Of a DNA stretch of 64,000 bases, positions 40,901 to 52,900 are shown piece after piece. Under the pieces are notes generated by a model. It did not search any database. It saw only the letters and a list, made by a program, of their open reading frames with translations, and was not told where the DNA came from. Within the stretch, counting starts at the first letter, position 1. Every line of letters starts with the position of its first letter. The stretch is from NCBI RefSeq assembly GCF_009914755.1, contig NC_060942.1; one strand, written 5' to 3'. This DNA is from the human T2T-CHM13v2.0 reference genome, Homo sapiens. A program made the translations under genes and the position numbers.

Positions 40901-43900
40901 CTCCTTTTGTAGTATCTGGAAGTGGACATTTGGAGCGCTTTCAGGCCTATGTTGGAAAAGGAAATATCTTCCCATAACAACTAGACAGACGCATTCTCAG
41001 AAACTTATTTGAGATGTGTGTACTCAACTAAGAGAATTGAACCACCGTTTTGAAGGAGCAGTTTTGAAACTCTCTTTTTCTGGAATCTGCAAGTGGATAT
41101 TTGGCTAGCTTTGGGGATTTCGCTGGAAGCGGGAATACATATAAAAAGCACACAGCAGCGTTCTGAGAAACTGCTTTCTGATGTTTGCATTCAAGTCAAA
41201 AGTTGAACACTCCCTTTCATAGAGCAGTCCTGAAACACCCCTTTTGTAGTATCTGGAACTGGACTTTTGGAGCGATTTCAGGGCTAAGGTGAAAAAGGAA
41301 ATATCTTCCCATAAAAACTGGACAGAAGCATTCTCAGAAACTTGTTTATGCTGTATCTACTCAACTAACAAAGTTGAACCTTTCTTTTGATAGAGCAGTT
41401 TTGAAATGGTCTTTTTGTGGAATCTGCAAGTGGATATTTGGCTAGTTTTGAGGATTTCGTTGGAAGCGGGAATTCATACAAATTGCAGACTGCAGCGTTC
41501 TGAGAAACATCTTTGTGATGTTTGTATTCAGGACACAGAGTTGAACATTCCCTATCATAGAGCAGGTTGGAATCACTCCTTTTGTAGTATCTGGAAGTGG
41601 ACATTTGGAGCGCTTTCAGGCCTATTTTGGAAAGGGAAATATCTTCCCGTAACAACTATGCAGAAGCATTCTCAGAAACTTGTTTGTGATGTGTGCCCTC
41701 TACTGACAGAGTTGAACCTTTCTTTTCATAGAGCAGTTTTGAAACACTCTTTTTGTAGAATCTGCAAGAGGATATTTGCATAGCTTTGAGGATTTCGTGG
41801 GAAACGGGATTGTCTTCAGGTAAAATCTAGACAGAAGCATTCTCAGAAACTTCTTTGGGATGTTTGCATTCAAGTCACAGAGTAGAACATTCCCTTTGGT
41901 AGAGCAGGTTTGAAACACTCTTTTTGTAGTATCTGGAAGTGGACATTTGGAGCGCTTTCAGGCCCATGTTGGAAAGGGAAATATCTTCCCGTAACAACTA
42001 GGCAGAAGCATTCTCAGAAACTTATTTGAGATGTGTGTACTCAACTAAGAGAATTGAACCACCGTTTTGAAGGAGCAGTTTTGAAACACTCTTTTTCTGG
42101 AATCTGCAAGAGTATATTTGCCTAGCCTTGAGGATTTCGTTGGAAACGGGATTGTCTTCAGAGAAAATCTAGACAGAAGCATTCTCAGAAACTTCTTTGG
42201 GATGCTTGCATTCAAGTCACAGAGTAGAACATTCCCTTTGGTAGAGCAGGTTTGAAACACTCTTTTTGTAGTATCTGGAAGTGGACATTTGGAGCGCTTT
42301 CAGGCCTACGTTGGAAAAGGAAATATCTTCCCATAACAACTAGACAGAAGCATTCTCAGAAACTAGTTTCTGATGTGTGTCCTCAACTAACACAGTTGAA
42401 CATTTCTTTAGACAGAACAGTTTTGAAACACTCTTTTTGTGGAATCTGCAAGTGGCTATTTGGCTAGATTTGAGGATTTCGTTGGAAACGGGATTACATA
42501 TAAAAAGCAGTCAGCGGCATTCTCAGAAAGTTCTTTGTGATGATTGCATTCAAGTCACAGAATTGAACATTCCCTTTCACAGAGCAGGTTTGAAACACTC
42601 TTTTTGTAGTGTGTGTAAGTGGACATTTGGAGCACTTACCGGCCTAAGGTGAAAAAGGAAATATCTTCCCATAAAAACTAGACAGAAGCATTCTCAGAAA
42701 CTTACTCGTGATGTGTGTCCTCAACTAAAGGGGTAGAACCTTTCTTTTCATAGAGAAGTTTTGAAACGCTCTTTTTGTGGAATCTGCAAGTGGATATTTG
42801 GCTAGTTTTGAGGATTTCGTTGGAAGCGGGAATTCATACAAATTGCAGACTGCAGCGTTCTGAGAAACATCTTTGTGATGTTTGTATTCAGGACACAGAG
42901 TTGAACATTCCCTATCATAGAGCAGGTTTGAATCACTCCTTTTGTAGTATCTGGAAGTGGACATTTGGAGCGCTTTCAGGCCTATGTTGGAAAAGGAAAT
43001 ATCTTCCCATAACAACTAGACAGAAGCATTCTCAGAAACTTATTTGAGATGTGTGTACTCAACTAAGAGAATTGAACCACCGTTTTGAAGGAGCAGTTTT
43101 GAAACTCTCTTTTTCTGGAATCTGCAAGTGGATATTTGGCTAGCTTTGGGGATTTCGCTGGAAGCGGGAATACATATAAAAAGCACACAGCAGCGTTCTG
43201 AGAAACTGCTTTCTGATGTTTGCATTCAAGTCAAAAGTTGAACACTCCCTTTCATAGAGCAGTCCTGAAACACCCCTTTTGTAGTATCTGGAACTGGACT
43301 TTTGGAGCGATTTCAGGGCTAAGGTGAAAAAGGAAATATCTTCCCATAAAAACTGGACAGAAGCATTCTCAGAAACTTGTTTATGCTGTATCTACTCAAC
43401 TAACAAAGTTGAACCTTTCTTTTGATAGAGCAGTTTTGAAATGGTCTTTTTGTGGAATCTGCAAGTGGATATTTGGCTAGTTTTGAGGATTTCGTTGGAA
43501 GCGGGAATTCATACAAATTGCAGACTGCAGCGTTCTGAGAAACATCTTTGTGATGTTTGTATTCAGGACACAGAGTTGAACATTCCCTATCATAGAGCAG
43601 GTTGGAATCACTCCTTTTGTAGTATCTGGAAGTGGACATTTGGAGCGCTTTCAGGCCTATTTTGGAAAGGGAAATATCTTCCCGTAACAACTATGCAGAA
43701 GCATTCTCAGAAACTTGTTTGTGATGTGTGCCCTCTACTGACAGAGTTGAACCTTTCTTTTCATAGAGCAGTTTTGAAACACTCTTTTTGTAGAATCTGC
43801 AAGAGGATATTTGCATAGCTTTGAGGATTTCGTGGGAAACGGGATTGTCTTCAGGTAAAATCTAGACAGAAGCATTCTCAGAAACTTCTTTGGGATGTTT

Positions 43901-46900
43901 GCATTCAAGTCACAGAGTAGAACATTCCCTTTGGTAGAGCAGGTTTGAAACACTCTTTTTGTAGTATCTGGAAGTGGACATTTGGAGCGCTTTCAGGCCC
44001 ATGTTGGAAAGGGAAATATCTTCCCGTAACAACTAGGCAGAAGCATTCTCAGAAACTTATTTGAGATGTGTGTACTCAACTAAGAGAATTGAACCACCGT
44101 TTTGAAGGAGCAGTTTTGAAACACTCTTTTTCTGGAATCTGCAAGAGTATATTTGCCTAGCCTTGAGGATTTCGTTGGAAACGGGATTGTCTTCAGAGAA
44201 AATCTAGACAGAAGCATTCTCAGAAACTTCTTTGGGATGCTTGCATTCAAGTCACAGAGTAGAACATTCCCTTTGGTAGAGCAGGTTTGAAACACTCTTT
44301 TTGTAGTATCTGGAAGTGGACATTTGGAGCGCTTTCAGGCCTACGTTGGAAAAGGAAATATCTTCCCATAACAACTAGACAGAAGCATTCTCAGAAACTA
44401 GTTTCTGATGTGTGTCCTCAACTAACACAGTTGAACATTTCTTTAGACAGAACAGTTTTGAAACACTCTTTTTGTGGAATCTGCAAGTGGCTATTTGGCT
44501 AGATTTGAGGATTTCGTTGGAAACGGGATTACATATAAAAAGCAGTCAGCGGCATTCTCAGAAAGTTCTTTGTGATGATTGCATTCAAGTCACAGAATTG
44601 AACATTCCCTTTCACAGAGCAGGTTTGAAACACTCTTTTTGTAGTGTGTGTAAGTGGACATTTGGAGCACTTACCGGCCTAAGGTGAAAAAGGAAATATC
44701 TTCCCATAAAAACTAGACAGAAGCATTCTCAGAAACTTACTCGTGATGTGTGTCCTCAACTAAAGGAGTAGAACCTTTCTTTTCATAGAGAAGTTTTGAA
44801 ACGCTCTTTTTGTGGAATCTGCAAGTGGATATTTGGCTAGTTTTGAGGATTTCGTTGGAAGCGGGAATTCATACAAATTGCAGACTGCAGCGTTCTGAGA
44901 AACATCTTTGTGATGTTTGTATTCAGGACACAGAGTTGAACATTCCCTATCATAGAGCAGGTTTGAATCACTCCTTTTGTAGTATCTGGAAGTGGACATT
45001 TGGAGCGCTTTCAGGCCTATGTTGGAAAAGGAAATATCTTCCCATAACAACTAGACAGAAGCATTCTCAGAAACTTATTTGAGATGTGTGTACTCAACTA
45101 AGAGAATTGAACCACCGTTTTGAAGGAGCAGTTTTGAAACTCTCTTTTTCTGGAATCTGCAAGTGGATATTTGGCTAGCTTTGGGGATTTCGCTGGAAGC
45201 GGGAATACATATAAAAAGCACACAGCAGCGTTCTGAGAAACTGCTTTCTGATGTTTGCATTCAAGTCAAAAGTTGAACACTCCCTTTCATAGAGCAGTCC
45301 TGAAACACCCCTTTTGTAGTATCTGGAACTGGACTTTTGGAGCGATTTCAGGGCTAAGGTGAAAAAGGAAATATCTTCCCATAAAAACTGGACAGAAGCA
45401 TTCTCAGAAACTTGTTTATGCTGTATCTACTCAACTAACAAAGTTGAACCTTTCTTTTGATAGAGCAGTTTTGAAATGGTCTTTTTGTGGAATCTGCAAG
45501 TGGATATTTGGCTAGTTTTGAGGATTTCGTTGGAAGCGGGAATTCATACAAATTGCAGACTGCAGCGTTCTGAGAAACATCTTTGTGATGTTTGTATTCA
45601 GGACACAGAGTTGAACATTCCCTATCATAGAGCAGGTTGGAATCACTCCTTTTGTAGTATCTGGAAGTGGACATTTGGAGCGCTTTCAGGCCTATTTTGG
45701 AAAGGGAAATATCTTCCCGTAACAACTATGCAGAAGCATTCTCAGAAACTTGTTTGTGATGTGTGCCCTCTACTGACAGAGTTGAACCTTTCTTTTCATA
45801 GAGCAGTTTTGAAACACTCTTTTTGTAGAATCTGCAAGAGGATATTTGCATAGCTTTGAGGATTTCGTGGGAAACGGGATTGTCTTCAGGTAAAATCTAG
45901 ACAGAAGCATTCTCAGAAACTTCTTTGGGATGTTTGCATTCAAGTCACAGAGTAGAACATTCCCTTTGGTAGAGCAGGTTTGAAACACTCTTTTTGTAGT
46001 ATCTGGAAGTGGACATTTGGAGCGCTTTCAGGCCCATGTTGGAAAGGGAAATATCTTCCCGTAACAACTAGGCAGAAGCATTCTCAGAAACTTATTTGAG
46101 ATGTGTGTACTCAACTAAGAGAATTGAACCACCGTTTTGAAGGAGCAGTTTTGAAACACTCTTTTTCTGGAATCTGCAAGAGTATATTTGCCTAGCCTTG
46201 AGGATTTCGTTGGAAACGGGATTGTCTTCAGAGAAAATCTAGACAGAAGCATTCTCAGAAACTTCTTTGGGATGCTTGCATTCAAGTCACAGAGTAGAAC
46301 ATTCCCTTTGGTAGAGCAGGTTTGAAACACTCTTTTTGTAGTATCTGGAAGTGGACATTTGGAGCGCTTTCAGGCCTACGTTGGAAAAGGAAATATCTTC
46401 CCATAACAACTAGACAGAAGCATTCTCAGAAACTAGTTTCTGATGTGTGTCCTCAACTAACACAGTTGAACATTTCTTTAGACAGAACAGTTTTGAAACA
46501 CTCTTTTTGTGGAATCTGCAAGTGGCTATTTGGCTAGATTTGAGGATTTCGTTGGAAACGGGATTACATATAAAAAGCAGTCAGCGGCATTCTCAGAAAG
46601 TTCTTTGTGATGATTGCATTCAAGTCACAGAATTGAACATTCCCTTTCACAGAGCAGGTTTGAAACACTCTTTTTGTAGTGTGTGTAAGTGGACATTTGG
46701 AGCACTTACCGGCCTAAGGTGAAAAAGGAAATATCTTCCCATAAAAACTAGACAGAAGCATTCTCAGAAACTTACTCGTGATGTGTGTCCTCAACTAAAG
46801 GAGTAGAACCTTTCTTTTCATAGAGAAGTTTTGAAACGCTCTTTTTGTGGAATCTGCAAGTGGATATTTGGCTAGTTTTGAGGATTTCGTTGGAAGCGGG

Positions 46901-49900
46901 AATTCATACAAATTGCAGACTGCAGCGTTCTGAGAAACATCTTTGTGATGTTTGTATTCAGGACACAGAGTTGAACATTCCCTATCATAGAGCAGGTTTG
47001 AATCACTCCTTTTGTAGTATCTGGAAGTGGACATTTGGAGCGCTTTCAGGCCTATGTTGGAAAAGGAAATATCTTCCCATAACAACTAGACAGAAGCATT
47101 CTCAGAAACTTATTTGAGATGTGTGTACTCAACTAAGAGAATTGAACCACCGTTTTGAAGGAGCAGTTTTGAAACTCTCTTTTTCTGGAATCTGCAAGTG
47201 GATATTTGGCTAGCTTTGGGGATTTCGCTGGAAGCGGGAATACATATAAAAAGCACACAGCAGCGTTCTGAGAAACTGCTTTCTGATGTTTGCATTCAAG
47301 TCAAAAGTTGAACACTCCCTTTCATAGAGCAGTCCTGAAACACCCCTTTTGTAGTATCTGGAACTGGACTTTTGGAGCGATTTCAGGGCTAAGGTGAAAA
47401 AGGAAATATCTTCCCATAAAAACTGGACAGAAGCATTCTCAGAAACTTGTTTATGCTGTATCTACTCAACTAACAAAGTTGAACCTTTCTTTTGATAGAG
47501 CAGTTTTGAAATGGTCTTTTTGTGGAATCTGCAAGTGGATATTTGGCTAGTTTTGAGGATTTCGTTGGAAGCGGGAATTCATACAAATTGCAGACTGCAG
47601 CGTTCTGAGAAACATCTTTGTGATGTTTGTATTCAGGACACAGAGTTGAACATTCCCTATCATAGAGCAGGTTGGAATCACTCCTTTTGTAGTATCTGGA
47701 AGTGGACATTTGGAGCGCTTTCAGGCCTATTTTGGAAAGGGAAATATCTTCCCGTAACAACTATGCAGAAGCATTCTCAGAAACTTGTTTGTGATGTGTG
47801 CCCTCTACTGACAGAGTTGAACCTTTCTTTTCATAGAGCAGTTTTGAAACACTCTTTTTGTAGAATCTGCAAGAGGATATTTGCATAGCTTTGAGGATTT
47901 CGTGGGAAACGGGATTGTCTTCAGGTAAAATCTAGACAGAAGCATTCTCAGAAACTTCTTTGGGATGTTTGCATTCAAGTCACAGAGTAGAACATTCCCT
48001 TTGGTAGAGCAGGTTTGAAACACTCTTTTTGTAGTATCTGGAAGTGGACATTTGGAGCGCTTTCAGGCCCATGTTGGAAAGGGAAATATCTTCCCGTAAC
48101 AACTAGGCAGAAGCATTCTCAGAAACTTATTTGAGATGTGTGTACTCAACTAAGAGAATTGAACCACCGTTTTGAAGGAGCAGTTTTGAAACACTCTTTT
48201 TCTGGAATCTGCAAGAGTATATTTGCCTAGCCTTGAGGATTTCGTTGGAAACGGGATTGTCTTCAGAGAAAATCTAGACAGAAGCATTCTCAGAAACTTC
48301 TTTGGGATGCTTGCATTCAAGTCACAGAGTAGAACATTCCCTTTGGTAGAGCAGGTTTGAAACACTCTTTTTGTAGTATCTGGAAGTGGACATTTGGAGC
48401 GCTTTCAGGCCTACGTTGGAAAAGGAAATATCTTCCCATAACAACTAGACAGAAGCATTCTCAGAAACTAGTTTCTGATGTGTGTCCTCAACTAACACAG
48501 TTGAACATTTCTTTAGACAGAACAGTTTTGAAACACTCTTTTTGTGGAATCTGCAAGTGGCTATTTGGCTAGATTTGAGGATTTCGTTGGAAACGGGATT
48601 ACATATAAAAAGCAGTCAGCGGCATTCTCAGAAAGTTCTTTGTGATGATTGCATTCAAGTCACAGAATTGAACATTCCCTTTCACAGAGCAGGTTTGAAA
48701 CACTCTTTTTGTAGTGTGTGTAAGTGGACATTTGGAGCACTTACCGGCCTAAGGTGAAAAAGGAAATATCTTCCCATAAAAACTAGACAGAAGCATTCTC
48801 AGAAACTTACTCGTGATGTGTGTCCTCAACTAAAGGAGTAGAACCTTTCTTTTCATAGAGAAGTTTTGAAACGCTCTTTTTGTGGAATCTGCAAGTGGAT
48901 ATTTGGCTAGTTTTGAGGATTTCGTTGGAAGCGGGAATTCATACAAATTGCAGACTGCAGCGTTCTGAGAAACATCTTTGTGATGTTTGTATTCAGGACA
49001 CAGAGTTGAACATTCCCTATCATAGAGCAGGTTTGAATCACTCCTTTTGTAGTATCTGGAAGTGGACATTTGGAGCGCTTTCAGGCCTATGTTGGAAAAG
49101 GAAATATCTTCCCATAACAACTAGACAGAAGCATTCTCAGAAACTTATTTGAGATGTGTGTACTCAACTAAGAGAATTGAACCACCGTTTTGAAGGAGCA
49201 GTTTTGAAACTCTCTTTTTCTGGAATCTGCAAGTGGATATTTGGCTAGCTTTGGGGATTTCGCTGGAAGCGGGAATACATATAAAAAGCACACAGCAGCG
49301 TTCTGAGAAACTGCTTTCTGATGTTTGCATTCAAGTCAAAAGTTGAACACTCCCTTTCATAGAGCAGTCCTGAAACACCCCTTTTGTAGTATCTGGAACT
49401 GGACTTTTGGAGCGATTTCAGGGCTAAGGTGAAAAAGGAAATATCTTCCCATAAAAACTGGACAGAAGCATTCTCAGAAACTTGTTTATGCTGTATCTAC
49501 TCAACTAACAAAGTTGAACCTTTCTTTTGATAGAGCAGTTTTGAAATGGTCTTTTTGTGGAATCTGCAAGTGGATATTTGGCTAGTTTTGAGGATTTCGT
49601 TGGAAGCGGGAATTCATACAAATTGCAGACTGCAGCGTTCTGAGAAACATCTTTGTGATGTTTGTATTCAGGACACAGAGTTGAACATTCCCTATCATAG
49701 AGCAGGTTGGAATCACTCCTTTTGTAGTATCTGGAAGTGGACATTTGGAGCGCTTTCAGGCCTATTTTGGAAAGGGAAATATCTTCCCGTAACAACTATG
49801 CAGAAGCATTCTCAGAAACTTGTTTGTGATGTGTGCCCTCTACTGACAGAGTTGAACCTTTCTTTTCATAGAGCAGTTTTGAAACACTCTTTTTGTAGAA

Positions 49901-52900
49901 TCTGCAAGAGGATATTTGCATAGCTTTGAGGATTTCGTGGGAAACGGGATTGTCTTCAGGTAAAATCTAGACAGAAGCATTCTCAGAAACTTCTTTGGGA
50001 TGTTTGCATTCAAGTCACAGAGTAGAACATTCCCTTTGGTAGAGCAGGTTTGAAACACTCTTTTTGTAGTATCTGGAAGTGGACATTTGGAGCGCTTTCA
50101 GGCCCATGTTGGAAAGGGAAATATCTTCCCGTAACAACTAGGCAGAAGCATTCTCAGAAACTTATTTGAGATGTGTGTACTCAACTAAGAGAATTGAACC
50201 ACCGTTTTGAAGGAGCAGTTTTGAAACACTCTTTTTCTGGAATCTGCAAGAGTATATTTGCCTAGCCTTGAGGATTTCGTTGGAAACGGGATTGTCTTCA
50301 GAGAAAATCTAGACAGAAGCATTCTCAGAAACTTCTTTGGGATGCTTGCATTCAAGTCACAGAGTAGAACATTCCCTTTGGTAGAGCAGGTTTGAAACAC
50401 TCTTTTTGTAGTATCTGGAAGTGGACATTTGGAGCGCTTTCAGGCCTACGTTGGAAAAGGAAATATCTTCCCATAACAACTAGACAGAAGCATTCTCAGA
50501 AACTAGTTTCTGATGTGTGTCCTCAACTAACACAGTTGAACATTTCTTTAGACAGAACAGTTTTGAAACACTCTTTTTGTGGAATCTGCAAGTGGCTATT
50601 TGGCTAGATTTGAGGATTTCGTTGGAAACGGGATTACATATAAAAAGCAGTCAGCGGCATTCTCAGAAAGTTCTTTGTGATGATTGCATTCAAGTCACAG
50701 AATTGAACATTCCCTTTCACAGAGCAGGTTTGAAACACTCTTTTTGTAGTGTGTGTAAGTGGACATTTGGAGCACTTACCGGCCTAAGGTGAAAAAGGAA
50801 ATATCTTCCCATAAAAACTAGACAGAAGCATTCTCAGAAACTTACTCGTGATGTGTGTCCTCAACTAAAGGAGTAGAACCTTTCTTTTCATAGAGAAGTT
50901 TTGAAACGCTCTTTTTGTGGAATCTGCAAGTGGATATTTGGCTAGTTTTGAGGATTTCGTTGGAAGCGGGAATTCATACAAATTGCAGACTGCAGCGTTC
51001 TGAGAAACATCTTTGTGATGTTTGTATTCAGGACACAGAGTTGAACATTCCCTATCATAGAGCAGGTTTGAATCACTCCTTTTGTAGTATCTGGAAGTGG
51101 ACATTTGGAGCGCTTTCAGGCCTATGTTGGAAAAGGAAATATCTTCCCATAACAACTAGACAGAAGCATTCTCAGAAACTTATTTGAGATGTGTGTACTC
51201 AACTAAGAGAATTGAACCACCGTTTTGAAGGAGCAGTTTTGAAACTCTCTTTTTCTGGAATCTGCAAGTGGATATTTGGCTAGCTTTGGGGATTTCGCTG
51301 GAAGCGGGAATACATATAAAAAGCACACAGCAGCGTTCTGAGAAACTGCTTTCTGATGTTTGCATTCAAGTCAAAAGTTGAACACTCCCTTTCATAGAGC
51401 AGTCCTGAAACACCCCTTTTGTAGTATCTGGAACTGGACTTTTGGAGCGATTTCAGGGCTAAGGTGAAAAAGGAAATATCTTCCCATAAAAACTGGACAG
51501 AAGCATTCTCAGAAACTTGTTTATGCTGTATCTACTCAACTAACAAAGTTGAACCTTTCTTTTGATAGAGCAGTTTTGAAATGGTCTTTTTGTGGAATCT
51601 GCAAGTGGATATTTGGCTAGTTTTGAGGATTTCGTTGGAAGCGGGAATTCATACAAATTGCAGACTGCAGCGTTCTGAGAAACATCTTTGTGATGTTTGT
51701 ATTCAGGACACAGAGTTGAACATTCCCTATCATAGAGCAGGTTGGAATCACTCCTTTTGTAGTATCTGGAAGTGGACATTTGGAGCGCTTTCAGGCCTAT
51801 TTTGGAAAGGGAAATATCTTCCCGTAACAACTATGCAGAAGCATTCTCAGAAACTTGTTTGTGATGTGTGCCCTCTACTGACAGAGTTGAACCTTTCTTT
51901 TCATAGAGCAGTTTTGAAACACTCTTTTTGTAGAATCTGCAAGAGGATATTTGCATAGCTTTGAGGATTTCGTGGGAAACGGGATTGTCTTCAGGTAAAA
52001 TCTAGACAGAAGCATTCTCAGAAACTTCTTTGGGATGTTTGCATTCAAGTCACAGAGTAGAACATTCCCTTTGGTAGAGCAGGTTTGAAACACTCTTTTT
52101 GTAGTATCTGGAAGTGGACATTTGGAGCGCTTTCAGGCCCATGTTGGAAAGGGAAATATCTTCCCGTAACAACTAGGCAGAAGCATTCTCAGAAACTTAT
52201 TTGAGATGTGTGTACTCAACTAAGAGAATTGAACCACCGTTTTGAAGGAGCAGTTTTGAAACACTCTTTTTCTGGAATCTGCAAGAGTATATTTGCCTAG
52301 CCATGAGGATTTCGTTGGAAACGGGATTGTCTTCAGAGAAAATCTAGACAGAAGCATTCTCAGAAACTTCTTTGGGATGCTTGCATTCAAGTCACAGAGT
52401 AGAACATTCCCTTTGGTAGAGCAGGTTTGAAACACTCTTTTTGTAGTATCTGGAAGTGGACATTTGGAGCGCTTTCAGGCCTACGTTGGAAAAGGAAATA
52501 TCTTCCCATAACAACTAGACAGAAGCATTCTCAGAAACTAGTTTCTGATGTGTGTCCTCAACTAACACAGTTGAACATTTCTTTAGACAGAACAGTTTTG
52601 AAACACTCTTTTTGTGGAATCTGCAAGTGGCTATTTGGCTAGATTTGAGGATTTCGTTGGAAACGGGATTACATATAAAAAGCAGTCAGCAGCATTCTCA
52701 GAAAGTTCTTTGTGATGATTGCATTCAAGTCACAGAATTGAACATTCCCTTTCACAGAGCAGGTTTGAAACACTCTTTTTGTAGTGTGTGTAAGTGGACA
52801 TTTGGAGCACTTACCGGCCTAAGGTGAAAAAGGAAATATCTTCCCATAAAAACTAGACAGAAGCATTCTCAGAAACTTACTCGTGATGTGTGTCCTCAAC

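Noticed and set aside
2032-44767. A/G string read as an encoded message or programmed switch
   Set aside because: It is one biallelic site outside any known binding motif and is fully explained by duplication and exchange history.
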